A DNA stretch of 64,000 bases. It comes from Polyangiaceae bacterium (lineage in GTDB: Bacteria > Myxococcota_A > Polyangia > Polyangiales > Polyangiaceae). This document shows, piece after piece, positions 38,620 to 48,551 of this stretch. Where the stretch lies: assembly GCA_965222375.1 (NCBI GenBank), contig CBDCTZ010000014.1, positions 96,001 through 160,000 on the forward strand. Reading direction: 5' to 3'. The translations under genes and the position numbers were made by a program. The notes under the pieces are model-generated. The model saw only the letters and a program-made list of their open reading frames with translations. It had not been told where the DNA came from and did no database searches. Position 1 is the stretch's first letter. Each line of letters begins with the position of its first letter.

Positions 38620-40875
38620 ATGACCCCGCCACTGACCTGGAAAGAGCGCCTCGTGCCGAAGATCCGCGAGGACTGGGCACGAGAGATAGAAGTTTTCGAG
38701 ACCCAGATCGCACTGCGCAAGCAGGGCAAGATCGAAGAGAAGCTGTTCGCCGAAACTCGACTGCGCCGCGGTGTGTATGGCCAACGCTACGACAACGGAA
38801 CTCGCCACAACGGTAAAGAAGCGCAGGTTCTCGCCTTCCCCGAGAACGCGACCAAGGGTCCGAGCACGGTTTGGGATGCGCCGGGCATGCTCAGGATCAA
38901 GATCCCGTTTGGGAAGATCACAGCGGAACAGCTCGACGTGATGGCCGATCTGGCCGACGAGTATTCCGACGCCATCCTGCACGTGACGACCCGCCAAGAC
39001 ATCCAGCTGCACTTCGTCCACATCGAAGACACGCCGGATTTGATGCGTCGCCTGGCTGCGGTTGGCATCACCACCCGCGAAGCGTGCGGTAACAGCGTTC
39101 GTAACGTGACGGCATGTCCCTACGCCGGCACGTGCCACACGGAAGCCTTCGATGTGACACCGTATGCCAACGCGCTCACGTTCTTTCTGCTTGGCCACGA
39201 TGACACTCAGGATTTCGGGCGCAAGTTCAAGGTCGCTTTTAGCGGCTGCAAGGACGAGCCCTGCGGCTTGACGAATTTTCACGACCTCGGGCTCGTGGGC
39301 AAGACCCGTCAGATCGATGGCAAGACTGTGCGTGGCTTCGAGTTTTGGGTCGGGGGCGGCCTAGGCAGCGTTCCTCAATCGGCCAAGCTGCTTCAGGAGT
39401 TCGTGACCGAAGAAGAGCTATTCCCCTTGAGTCAGGCGATGTGCCGCGTGTTTGCGCGCTTGGGGGAGAAGGAGAATCGAAGCCGCGCTCGCCTCAAGTT
39501 CCTGGTGAAGAAGCTTGGAATCGAGGAGTTTCGCCGCCTCGTGCTGGAAGAGCGGGCGACGCTTCGGCCCGATCCCCGCTGGACGGACTACCTCTCGGAT
39601 CTGGGCCTCGTGGAAGAAAAGCCCAAGAAGGGAGCGGCGCCCCTGGCGGAAAACGCCGCGGTCGGTGAAGCCTTCCAAGCCTGGCGAAGCTCGAACGTTC
39701 GCGCGCAGGCTCAGAACGGATACGCCATCGCGACCATCACGCTGCCCTTGGGAGATTTTTCCAGCACGCAGGCGCGCGCCATCGCCGATCTCGCCCGCAA
39801 GTACACCGGGGACACGCTGCGAGCGACCGTCGATCAGAACATCTTGTTCCGATGGGTGCCCGAAGCCGACTTGCCCGAACTATACGAAACCCTCTGCGCT
39901 CTCGGACTGTCCGAAGGCGGAGCAGGAACCCTTACCGATGTGACGGCATGCCCGGGTACCGATACCTGCAAGTTGGGCATTTCGAGTTCCCGCGGACTGG
40001 CAGGTGAGCTGAGGCGGCACCTCAATGTGCTAGGCGCCGAAGTTCCAGAAGCAGCGCGAGGGCTCCTCGTCAAGTGCAGCGGCTGCTTCAATGCATGCGG
40101 CCAACATCATGTGGCCGACATTGGCTTCCTCGGCGTGAGTCGAAACGTCAACGGCAAGCGTGTTCCGCACTTCCAATTGGTGGTTGGCGGGCAGTGGACC
40201 GAGAACGCCGCGGCGTTCGGGTTGGCCATTGGCGCTCTGCCCTCCAAGAACATCCCCAAAGTGGTCGACCGGCTGACTCGGCACTACTCCGAGAATCGCC
40301 AAGACGGTGAGACCTATCGCCGCTTCGTCGAGCGCGTCGGCAAGAAGGCGATTCGCGCTTTGGTCGAGGAGCTGATTGAGGTCCCGGTCTATGGGGATGA
40401 CCGTAGCTTCTACAGTGACTGGGGGGATCCGCGCGAATACACCATCGATGACATGGGAGTCGGCGAGTGCGCGGGCGAAGTCATTCCCTTCGTTCAAATG
40501 GGGCTGGCAGCGAGCGAGCGCGAAGTATTCGAAGCGCAACTCCTCCTCGACCAAGGTCAAGCCGAGGAAGCTGCTCGCCGTGCCTATCAGGCCATGTTGT
40601 CGGCGGCGCGGGCCCTGACTCGTGAGAAAAACGCGAACCTGGGCGAGGAGCCGGACGAGATCGTACGCGAGTTCAAGTCGCATCTGGTGGATACCAAGTT
40701 GTTCTGGGACCAATACGCGGGCGGCAAGTTCAGCCAGTTCCTCTTTGGTATTCACGGATCGGGGTTGAATGTCGCCGACGTGGATGGTGCCCACGAGGTC
40801 ATCGAAGAGGCGCAGCTTTTCATCGACGCTGCTCACCAGTGCTACACACGTTTGGGAAGCGCGCTTTCCGCGTGA
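38620..40875 (+). CDS. Siroheme-dependent sulfite/nitrite reductase with C-terminal HEPN-like domain
   Basis: TTRQDIQLH, RNVTACP, RKFKVAFSGC, ACPGTDTC and SGCFNACG (siroheme/4Fe-4S Cys), GVGECAG linker, helical C-terminus. Confidence 0.92.
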   Translation: MTPPLTWKERLVPKIREDWAREIEVFETQIALRKQGKIEEKLFAETRLRRGVYGQRYDNGTRHNGKEAQVLAFPENATKGPSTVWDAPGMLRIKIPFGKITAEQLDVMADLADEYSDAILHVTTRQDIQLHFVHIEDTPDLMRRLAAVGITTREACGNSVRNVTACPYAGTCHTEAFDVTPYANALTFFLLGHDDTQDFGRKFKVAFSGCKDEPCGLTNFHDLGLVGKTRQIDGKTVRGFEFWVGGGLGSVPQSAKLLQEFVTEEELFPLSQAMCRVFARLGEKENRSRARLKFLVKKLGIEEFRRLVLEERATLRPDPRWTDYLSDLGLVEEKPKKGAAPLAENAAVGEAFQAWRSSNVRAQAQNGYAIATITLPLGDFSSTQARAIADLARKYTGDTLRATVDQNILFRWVPEADLPELYETLCALGLSEGGAGTLTDVTACPGTDTCKLGISSSRGLAGELRRHLNVLGAEVPEAARGLLVKCSGCFNACGQHHVADIGFLGVSRNVNGKRVPHFQLVVGGQWTENAAAFGLAIGALPSKNIPKVVDRLTRHYSENRQDGETYRRFVERVGKKAIRALVEELIEVPVYGDDRSFYSDWGDPREYTIDDMGVGECAGEVIPFVQMGLAASEREVFEAQLLLDQGQAEEAARRAYQAMLSAARALTREKNANLGEEPDEIVREFKSHLVDTKLFWDQYAGGKFSQFLFGIHGSGLNVADVDGAHEVIEEAQLFIDAAHQCYTRLGSALSA

Positions 40876-40886
40876 CCGGGGCTACA

Positions 40887-41450
40887 ATGGAATTCGAACA
40901 CCTGGCCCTCAAGCTCTATGTGTCCGAGCCGGAAGGGTTGCGGATGCCGGCGGTGACCAACGCCTTCCACGACTTCATCAGTTCCGATGCCCTTGGCGAG
41001 TTACTCATCGACACCGTGGACTACACCCATGTGCATCACGGCCCCGGCGTCGTCCTGATTGGCCATGCCTCGGACTACGCCCTGGATCTGTCTGAAGGGC
41101 GGCCGGGTCTGTCCTGTACGCGCAAGCGGGACCACGCGCCGGCTGCTTCACGCGCTGAAGATCTACTGCGCCGTACGCTTGCGACCGCGGACAAGCTCGA
41201 GCAGCACTCTGAGGTGGGCGCGAAGTTCCGGACCAACGAGTTTCGCTTCACGGTGGCGGATCGCTTGAAGCTAACTCGCAGTCGAGACCCATTTGCCGCC
41301 GCCAAAGAGGCATGGGCCCCGCTTTTGGAAAGGGTTTTCGGCATCGAGCCGAGCCTGAGTCAGGAGGGCGACGCGCGGCAGCCTTTCACGGTGCGTGCTC
41401 GGCTGTCGACTGAGTTGAGCGCGTCGGAAGCACTTCAACGCCTGAGCTGA
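40887..41450 (+). CDS. Conserved hypothetical protein downstream of the sulfite reductase
   Basis: 11 bp after the reductase stop; LIDTVDYTHVHHGPGVVLIGH block. Confidence 0.8.
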   Translation: MEFEHLALKLYVSEPEGLRMPAVTNAFHDFISSDALGELLIDTVDYTHVHHGPGVVLIGHASDYALDLSEGRPGLSCTRKRDHAPAASRAEDLLRRTLATADKLEQHSEVGAKFRTNEFRFTVADRLKLTRSRDPFAAAKEAWAPLLERVFGIEPSLSQEGDARQPFTVRARLSTELSASEALQRLS

Positions 41451-41459
41451 CGTGGACGG

Positions 41460-42380
41460 CTAGGCAGCCAGTTCCGAGATGGCTCGGTCTAGTTGCGTCC
41501 AGCTGCGCGTGGCCCGGTAGCGCTCGTCAGTCACCCGAACGCCCTCGGATCCCATTCCACCCACCCACAGCTGCACTCGGGTGGGCAGCTTCTGAAGCAG
41601 AAGCCCTATCTGAGCTAGGATGGTCTTGGCATCGGCGCCCGTCGCGACGGAAAGTCCAATGGCATCCACGTGGAGCCCCAGAGCAGCGTCGACGATTTGG
41701 TCGACCGGCGTATCGGTGCCGAGCAGCCTTGGAGTGGCGTTGGAAAGGGCGATGAACAGCGCTGCCATTTCCAGGCCCAGCCCGTGCTGCTCCCCGGGCA
41801 GGGTCGCGAGCAGCACCAAAGGGCGTCGGGTCGACCCCTCGTAAGCTGACAACAGCAGGCGCAGCTGGGTCGTCAGGGCTTCGGTCAGCATGTGTTCGTG
41901 TCGGATGTCCAACCGGCGTTGAGCCCATTCGTCGCCGACTCCGGAGACGAGGGCCCCGGCCACATCCGTAATGAAACGCTTGGGTCCGTGGGTCGCCACG
42001 GCTTGGCGGAGTTCAGTCCGCAAGCCGTCCGCGTTGTCGTGGCGCACGCAATCCAAAATGGAGGCAACCATCGAGCTCTCATCCGTCGACGGTCGCTCTT
42101 CGACGACAGCTTCGCTCAGCAATTTGCGAAGGGATTCCACGTCTTGCGGCACGACTTCACCTGCCCGGTAGCCGCTCTTCAGCGCTCGGGCGATCAGGGT
42201 GAGTCGCTCGACGTCGTCTTTCGAGTACACTCGTACCCGGGAAGCGTTTCTTGCAGGTTTGGGGAATCCGTAGCGCCGTTCCCACATTCTCAGCGTGTCA
42301 GCCGAAAGCCCCGTCAAACGAGATGCAATCCGAATGGAGTACCCCGCGCCCTCACCACTCTCTTGGGATTCGGTCATCAT
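41460..42380 (-). CDS. CarH/LitR-type MerR regulator with cobalamin-binding domain
   Basis: RMWERRY (RxWxxR), W-x9-EH (WAQRRLDIRHEH), EQHGLG (ExHxxG). Confidence 0.92.
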   Translation of the reverse strand: MMTESQESGEGAGYSIRIASRLTGLSADTLRMWERRYGFPKPARNASRVRVYSKDDVERLTLIARALKSGYRAGEVVPQDVESLRKLLSEAVVEERPSTDESSMVASILDCVRHDNADGLRTELRQAVATHGPKRFITDVAGALVSGVGDEWAQRRLDIRHEHMLTEALTTQLRLLLSAYEGSTRRPLVLLATLPGEQHGLGLEMAALFIALSNATPRLLGTDTPVDQIVDAALGLHVDAIGLSVATGADAKTILAQIGLLLQKLPTRVQLWVGGMGSEGVRVTDERYRATRSWTQLDRAISELAA

Positions 42381-42433
42381 CTCTAAGATGGGTCATAGTC
42401 CTAGACAAACCTACGTCAAGATGTGCCGGGCAA

Positions 42434-43570
42434 ATGAGTCGATTTGAGCGAAAGACGGGGCCTCGCCGACTTCCGAAACCACTTTGGGGCCGATTTGGCC
42501 TGGCGCTCGTCTTGGTGCTGGCCACGGCACGCTGTGGCAGCACGGACGAGTCTGCCAGCCCCAGCAGCGGCGGCGCGTCTGGCAGCGCCGGAGCGGGCGG
42601 GATGGACGCGGGCATCGACGTGGGCGTGGGCGGCTCGGCCAGCGGCGGTCAGCCGGCCACCGACGCGGGCGTCGATGCGGCTCTGTTGGGGCCACCGTAC
42701 CCGATTGTCTTGGCGCACGGTTTCTTTGGCTTCGAAGCCTTCGCGGGAGTCAACTTCGCGACCTACTTTTATCAAGTCAAGGATGACCTAGCGAAGAACG
42801 GCGAAGCCTTGGTGCTCACGCCTGCGGTGGATCCCTTCAACGATTCCCACTTCCGCGGCGCCCAACTCGAAAAGCACATCGAGGCCTTCCTGGCCCAAAC
42901 CGGACACGCCAAGGTCAACATCATTGGTCACTCTCAGGGTGGCCTCGACGCGCGCGTAGTGGCGTTCCGCAGGCCGGATCTGGTGGCGTCGGTCACAACC
43001 GTGGCCACACCCCACGGCGGAACGCCGATTGCCGACATCGTGCTGAAGATCGACCCGAACCCCAACGCCCAAGGCTTCATCGATTGGTTGGCCAAGCGGG
43101 TGGGGGCTCCGCTGTACGACGCGATTGGCAACGAGACTTCCGTGTCCAAGCCAATGTACCTCTTTTCCACAGCCGGCATCCAGAAGTTCAACGCCGAGAT
43201 CAAGGATCAACCGGCGGTCAGCTACTACTCCGTGACCGGACGCTCGGACTGGCACCTGGGAGGCAAGGACTGCAACGTGCCGGGCGCGCCGGACTTCATC
43301 GCCAAGTACAAGACCACAATCGATCCCATCGACCCGCTCTTTTCTCTGGTCGAAGAGCTGATTGACGGTGGCTTGACGGCCCCGTACCCCAACGACGGCT
43401 TGGTGCGAGTCGCCGACGCGAAGTGGGGCACATTTCTCGGCTGCGTGCCGGCGGACCACTTGGACGAAGTCGGCCAGCTATTCGGCGACGTTCCTGGCCT
43501 GGCCAACCCATGGCGGCACAAACCGTTCTATCGCGACCTCGTGAAATACCTGAGAGACCAGGGGCACTGA
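42434..43570 (+). CDS. Triacylglycerol lipase (family I-like) lipoprotein
   Basis: YPIVLAHG, GHSQGG, TPHGG, NDGLV, DHLDEV. Confidence 0.92.
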   Translation: MSRFERKTGPRRLPKPLWGRFGLALVLVLATARCGSTDESASPSSGGASGSAGAGGMDAGIDVGVGGSASGGQPATDAGVDAALLGPPYPIVLAHGFFGFEAFAGVNFATYFYQVKDDLAKNGEALVLTPAVDPFNDSHFRGAQLEKHIEAFLAQTGHAKVNIIGHSQGGLDARVVAFRRPDLVASVTTVATPHGGTPIADIVLKIDPNPNAQGFIDWLAKRVGAPLYDAIGNETSVSKPMYLFSTAGIQKFNAEIKDQPAVSYYSVTGRSDWHLGGKDCNVPGAPDFIAKYKTTIDPIDPLFSLVEELIDGGLTAPYPNDGLVRVADAKWGTFLGCVPADHLDEVGQLFGDVPGLANPWRHKPFYRDLVKYLRDQGH

Positions 43571-43693
43571 TGTCGCCTCTCGTGTAGGGCGTCATCTTCT
43601 TCGACAAGAAAGCGCATCGACGACCCCGTGGGCGCCACGGCGACGGGCGCGTGCAGTGCACCTCAAGACGGCGACGGGTGCGTACGCCGCAGC

Positions 43694-45232
43694 TCAGGAC
43701 GCCGGCGTTTCCTGGAGTAGGCGAGCGCTCCAGTAGTGAGACATGGTGATAATCGGCGTCATCGTGTGGCTCGACGCGCTAGACGGAAATCCCGACGAGT
43801 CGAAAACATAAACGCCCCGCGTGCCGTAGACCTGGCCGGCGGGGTCTATGGCGCCGTCCCGCGCCGTAGGCGCGATGCGCACGCTGCCTTGTTGATGCGC
43901 TGAAATGAAGGGCGCGGAAGCCGCGGGCAAGGCCAGGCCTGACAGGGTGTCCACTTGGTCGGGGTGGGTGAGGGTGACCGGTGGCGCAACCGGTATGACG
44001 ACACGCTCGGCGCCCGCCGCAAAGTAGATGCGAGCCGCCGCTCGAAGCGCCTCGCGGATGCGCGCCTTGTGGTTGTCGCGCTGGTGGTAGTCGATGCGTA
44101 GCCGCCCGCTACGGGAAACCCGAACGCTGCCCGAGGGGTCGTCCGGGGCAAGCAGCAGCGCTGCCGCGAGGCGATCGTATTCGGTCATGGCGGCTTTGCC
44201 GGCCGCGCCGCTGTAGGGCAGCAGGGAGCCCACCATGCCAGGCGTGCCCATCACGCCTTCGATGCGAAAGCCCCACAGCCCGTGAGCTGGGTCGTCTTCG
44301 CGTTCGAATTCGGTGACCGCGTAAGACTGGGGGATGCCGCGGAAGGCCGTCACCTTCTGGGGGAAGATCGCGGTGATCGGCAGTTGGGGCTGCAACATGA
44401 GGTGTTGCCCCACATGACGATTGCCCACTGCCGAGCGCAACAACAGTTCGGCGGAAGCGATGGCATTGGCCGCCAGGATGACCGTGCGCGCCCGGACCTC
44501 GGTGCGGCCCACCGGGCGCACTCCCTTTGCGTCCAGTATTCGGACTTGGATCCGTTTGAACTCCCTGTCTGCGTACCGAATGCGACGCGCTTGCGCGCGG
44601 GTGTAGAAACGAGCGCCGGCGGCAAGGGCGAGGGGAATGGCGACGAAGCGGGGGTTCTTCTTCGCGTTGAGCGGGCAGCCGACGAGGCACGTTCCCAGCC
44701 CAGCGCAACCAACGCGGTTGTGCATCATGGCTTCGCCGGCATAGCCAAGCTTGCGCGACCCCTGCTTCAGCAGGGCGTTGGCAGGGTTGACCTGTGCGTC
44801 GGTGATTCGGCTGGCGTGCAGATCCGCTAGAGCACGCTTTTCGTAAGGTGCGAGTTGCTCTGCGGTCAGCTCAGTGAGGCCGAACTTCTTGTTCCAGTGC
44901 TGCCACACCCCGTGGGGGATCGGCACGACGTCGCTGGCGTTGATGACGCCGCCGCCCCCCAGCACACGCCCCTGCAGCACCGTCACCGTGAGATCTGTGG
45001 TCGTGCGGCCGCCCCGGTCCATGTACAGGGCCGAGTACATCTCGCCGTCTCGCTGGGTCAGACGCTTGCCGGTGTAGTCTCCGCCCTCTTCGAGCACGAC
45101 CACGTCGCGCCCCCCTTCCGCCAACACCCGGGCCGCCGTTGCGCCGCCGGAGCCGGAGCCAATGATGCAGATGTCGCAGTCGATTTGGGGCGGTGCCGCC
45201 GCCCCGGACAGGTCGATGATCTGACCACTCAC
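43694..45232 (-). CDS. GMC family oxidoreductase
   Basis: IGSGSGG, GRVLGGG, CxxxxxCLVGC, SAHQQGS; GTGA overlap with the upstream gene. Confidence 0.92.
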   Translation of the reverse strand: MSGQIIDLSGAAAPPQIDCDICIIGSGSGGATAARVLAEGGRDVVVLEEGGDYTGKRLTQRDGEMYSALYMDRGGRTTTDLTVTVLQGRVLGGGGVINASDVVPIPHGVWQHWNKKFGLTELTAEQLAPYEKRALADLHASRITDAQVNPANALLKQGSRKLGYAGEAMMHNRVGCAGLGTCLVGCPLNAKKNPRFVAIPLALAAGARFYTRAQARRIRYADREFKRIQVRILDAKGVRPVGRTEVRARTVILAANAIASAELLLRSAVGNRHVGQHLMLQPQLPITAIFPQKVTAFRGIPQSYAVTEFEREDDPAHGLWGFRIEGVMGTPGMVGSLLPYSGAAGKAAMTEYDRLAAALLLAPDDPSGSVRVSRSGRLRIDYHQRDNHKARIREALRAAARIYFAAGAERVVIPVAPPVTLTHPDQVDTLSGLALPAASAPFISAHQQGSVRIAPTARDGAIDPAGQVYGTRGVYVFDSSGFPSSASSHTMTPIITMSHYWSARLLQETPAS

Positions 45233-45795
45233 TTGGGCATCCCCCACAGGGAAGGGCCGCCATAACCGATGTGCTTCCAGACCGCTGGGGTGTCGTAGAA
45301 GACGAAGGACAAGAACTTGCGAAACGCAAACGCGACTTGGCGGCGCATCAACAGGTCGCTCTCACTCCAACTGCGCCAATGCGCCTCTTGCTCGGCGACG
45401 GACAGGTTAGAGAATGTTTTCAGCCGCTTGTCGAAGAGCACCGGCCCGAACTCGAATAGAGTGAGGGCTCGGCGCAAGTCCTGGACGTTTTCGGCAGGCT
45501 CGTCGACGAGGAATTCGTCGAAGGCGCGGGCCAGATCCAAGCCTTCCGCACCTTGCTCAAAAGCGCCGCCTTCGGGCAGGTGCACGCGGGCCAAGGCCGT
45601 CAAGGTTCGGTACTCGTGAGCGCCGAGCACCGAGAGCCCCGGGACGTCCGGAGCGCTGCCTCGCAGGGCGGCCAGGCCGGAGGCGCCCAACAAGACCGCG
45701 CCTCCGGCGCCGAGGCATAGCTTCAGGTAGCGCCGGCGCGACAAGAACGCGAATGGGCCGGTCACCTCGGGATTGGGCGACTCTTGGCTTGGCAT
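45229..45795 (-). CDS. Tat-signal partner protein (gluconate 2-dehydrogenase subunit 3-like)
   Basis: SRRRYL Tat motif; FVFYD...WKHIGYGGP C-terminus; translationally coupled to the GMC gene. Confidence 0.8.
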   Translation of the reverse strand: MPSQESPNPEVTGPFAFLSRRRYLKLCLGAGGAVLLGASGLAALRGSAPDVPGLSVLGAHEYRTLTALARVHLPEGGAFEQGAEGLDLARAFDEFLVDEPAENVQDLRRALTLFEFGPVLFDKRLKTFSNLSVAEQEAHWRSWSESDLLMRRQVAFAFRKFLSFVFYDTPAVWKHIGYGGPSLWGMPK

Positions 45796-45952
45796 GGGTC
45801 GCCGCCATCATAGACCCGACACGCACCCAGTCGCGGATCAATTTGAGGCCAGGACCATGTAACCGATGGTGCCGCGCCGAAGCGCTAGAGCGCGTTCACC
45901 CCGATAACGATGACGTCAGGGCCGCCACATCCCCAAAAAAACCAAACGAGCG

Positions 45953-46735
45953 TCAGCCTAGCGCGATGTCGAAAGTACAGCGCTTGAGCTTGCCGCCAGC
46001 GTCCGTGTCGTCCACGAGCGCTTTGATCAGGCCGGGTTTCCAGAAGGAATCCGTGCCGAAGTTGGGGTCACCCTCGAAATAGAGCTGGGTGGTCAGGGGC
46101 TGGCCACTTGGGTGACTGACCTTGAAGTGAATGTGCCGCGGCCGGTAGTTCGCGCCGTTCAGATAGAAGCCCGGCAGGACCGTGGTGAACTCGTAGCGGC
46201 CTTGGCTATCGGTCTTCACCTTGCCCCGCAGCACGTAACCGACGTTGTCGTATTCGCCCGCTGCGTTTGCTTGCCACACATCGACTAGGGCGTTCGCTAG
46301 CGGCGTTTTGCAGTCGCAACCGTAGACGGTGCCGCCAACCATGAGTCGCTCGCCCTGCTGGCCGTCCCGAATGTCGGCTCGCTCCGGCGCACCTGCCGTG
46401 TAGAAGGGGCCAAGGATGTTGTCATCGGTGATCTTGCATCCCGGCGTCGGTTGATTGCAGGACAGGCTCGTGCCTCCGGCGCTTCCTCCGCTGCCGGCTG
46501 CGCCCGCACTTCCGGAACTGCCCGCGTTGGCGCCGGAGCCTGCGCTTGCCCCGCTGCCCGCGCTGCCACTAGCGCCGCCGGACGCGCCCTGACCGCCGGA
46601 GCCGCCGCCGGGAGTGTTGTTGCCTTCGTCGGAACCGCCGCAACCCGTCAAAACACCCGCCGTGCCCGCCAACGCGCCGAGCGCGGAACGTCGGGACAGA
46701 TGCGGGGCCTTGGAAATCGTTTTCTTCGTCTTCAC
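45953..46735 (-). CDS. Intradiol ring-cleavage dioxygenase family, Tat lipoprotein
   Basis: SRRSAL Tat motif and LTGC lipobox; GPFY, VDVWQANAAGEY, PGFY, RPRHIHF; GTG 46735 preceded by TAAGCT. Confidence 0.88.
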   Translation of the reverse strand: MKTKKTISKAPHLSRRSALGALAGTAGVLTGCGGSDEGNNTPGGGSGGQGASGGASGSAGSGASAGSGANAGSSGSAGAAGSGGSAGGTSLSCNQPTPGCKITDDNILGPFYTAGAPERADIRDGQQGERLMVGGTVYGCDCKTPLANALVDVWQANAAGEYDNVGYVLRGKVKTDSQGRYEFTTVLPGFYLNGANYRPRHIHFKVSHPSGQPLTTQLYFEGDPNFGTDSFWKPGLIKALVDDTDAGGKLKRCTFDIALG

Positions 46736-46788
46736 ACGGCAAAGCTTAGTGCCGGCGGCGCCCGCGTCCATTAGAATGAACTGTCCAG

Positions 46789-46811
46789 TTCGTTCGATTC
46801 TACGCAACGAA
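46789..46811. promoter_or_regulatory. Putative LysR box TTCGTT-N11-AACGAA
   Basis: Perfect 6-bp inverted repeat with T-N11-A core between the LysR gene and the dioxygenase start. Confidence 0.6.
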
Positions 46812-46819
46812 GCCGGAAC

Positions 46820-47782
46820 TCACTTCGACTTGGTGCCGCGCTTCGACCCAGCTTTCCTGGGTTTTTTCGCCTTCGCCGCGCCGAGGCGCGGGGCGCTGGT
46901 GAGGCGTGCCTCCACCTTTTCGATCACCTCCATGGTGAAGCTGGCGGTGGTGTCCTCTTCACGACAGGCCGCATAAACGTGGGTGTCGGGCACGACGTCG
47001 GGCGCGAGGCGAAACAGCCGGCCAGCTTTGACATCGGGCTGGGCTACGACGTCTGGCAGCACGCAGACGAAGCGGCCCGAAAGCGCCACCTGGTGGTTCG
47101 TCGAGAGCATCAAGATCTGAAAGCCGATCTTGCGAGACAGCTCCACGGGCCAGCTGTCCATGGGCGTACCTCGATCGCCGATGGCGGGAACGCTGAAGGG
47201 GTACTCTTGGAGATCGTCAGTGGTGACGCCTTTGCCGAAGAGCGGGTGCTTCTTTCCGCAGAACAGGGAATTCGAAAGTGACCCGATCTTACGACAACTG
47301 ATGCCGTCTTGCATGGTCGCATCGTAGTAGAACGCCGATTCGATCAACCCGTTGGCCAATTGCCGATTGGCTTCAATCGACGACAGCGTTGTGAGGCGCG
47401 GGATGACGCCGGGCCGTTGTTCGGACAGATCCAGTAGCGATGGCAGGACGAAGTAGTCCGTCAGAACACCCAAGGAGCTGAGACGGTACTCACCCGAGAA
47501 CTCGTGCTCGAGGACTTCAGTCAAAGAGCGCTCCAGGTTTCCCATCGTGAGCCGCAGCGTGCGCAGCAATCGCTCCCCAGCGGCGTTGAGGACGATGCGT
47601 CGAGAGCTGCGTACGAAGAGCTCCTCGCCCAAACCCTCCTCGATGAGGCGAATTGATCGGGAAAGCGCCGATGGGCTGATATGCAGACGCTCAGCAGCAG
47701 TTGGAAGGTGCTGCGTCTCGGCAACCACGCGGAACACCGGCAGGTACGGCCAGATGTTCGCTAGCAGCTTGTGGGATTCCAC
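46820..47782 (-). CDS. LysR family transcriptional regulator
   Basis: AAERLHISPSALSRSIRLIEEGLGEELFVRSSR HTH plus substrate-binding domain. Confidence 0.95.
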   Translation of the reverse strand: MESHKLLANIWPYLPVFRVVAETQHLPTAAERLHISPSALSRSIRLIEEGLGEELFVRSSRRIVLNAAGERLLRTLRLTMGNLERSLTEVLEHEFSGEYRLSSLGVLTDYFVLPSLLDLSEQRPGVIPRLTTLSSIEANRQLANGLIESAFYYDATMQDGISCRKIGSLSNSLFCGKKHPLFGKGVTTDDLQEYPFSVPAIGDRGTPMDSWPVELSRKIGFQILMLSTNHQVALSGRFVCVLPDVVAQPDVKAGRLFRLAPDVVPDTHVYAACREEDTTASFTMEVIEKVEARLTSAPRLGAAKAKKPRKAGSKRGTKSK

Positions 47783-47791
47783 GAGGGGCGC

Positions 47792-48541
47792 TCAAAGGGT
47801 TTTCGAGTTCTTCGCGGCTTCCACGGCGCGGTCCAGCGCGCGTGGATCGAAGCCGACCAGGATCTGGCCCATGATGTCGATGATGGGAATGGACGCCGAG
47901 CGCAGATTGTGGCGCTCGAGCTTCGTCTTCATCTCCCTGTTGTAGATCTCGCTCGCCTCGACGTCTTTGTACACGACCTTCACGCCCCGGCGCTTCAGGT
48001 GGCGCTTGGCATCGTGGCAGGGCTTACACCACTCGGCGCCGTAGACGATCGCCACGACGCCGTCGGCGCCGGGGTCGATTCCCGGATCAGGCGGCCGGGG
48101 GCCTTCGGAGGCAGAAGGTGGAGGTGGTGCCAGGGCTTCCATGCGCGCCTTGCGTTTTGCGGCGCCCTTTTCGTCCCACTGGGCTCGGGTGAGGGTGCTC
48201 ACGGGGTAGCTGCCGTCGGGTCGCTTCTTGCGCAAGTCGGCGACGTAGACGTGCTCGCCCGTGCCTTCCACCTTGTTGGTGACGACGACTCGAACTGCGT
48301 CTCTGGATTTCTCGGGAACCGACGTGACCTTCTGAGTCACGTGGAAATCCCCTTTGGCATCAATCCAAGTGAGCAAGAGGTTCTCCGTGTCGTCGCGGAG
48401 CTCGAGGGGAGGCAGCTGTCCGCTCACTGGCTTGGCGCCCGTGGGGTCTGGCTTGTCGCCGGAACCCGAGCCGCAGCGACACCCGGTGGCGCCGAGTACC
48501 AGCCCGCAGATCAGCAGCAGGACACGTAGTGACCAAGCCAA
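47792..48541 (-). CDS. Glutaredoxin-domain lipoprotein
   Basis: Signal peptide/lipobox; TWIDAKG N-terminal domain; YGAEWCKPC; SIPIIDI. Confidence 0.85.
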   Translation of the reverse strand: MAWSLRVLLLICGLVLGATGCRCGSGSGDKPDPTGAKPVSGQLPPLELRDDTENLLLTWIDAKGDFHVTQKVTSVPEKSRDAVRVVVTNKVEGTGEHVYVADLRKKRPDGSYPVSTLTRAQWDEKGAAKRKARMEALAPPPPSASEGPRPPDPGIDPGADGVVAIVYGAEWCKPCHDAKRHLKRRGVKVVYKDVEASEIYNREMKTKLERHNLRSASIPIIDIMGQILVGFDPRALDRAVEAAKNSKTL

Positions 48542-48551
48542 GGCTGTGCGC

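Noticed and set aside
43637..43683. Direct repeat ACGGCGACGGG(C/T)GCGT, two copies, between convergent genes
   Set aside because: Only two short GC-rich copies; no other occurrence noticed
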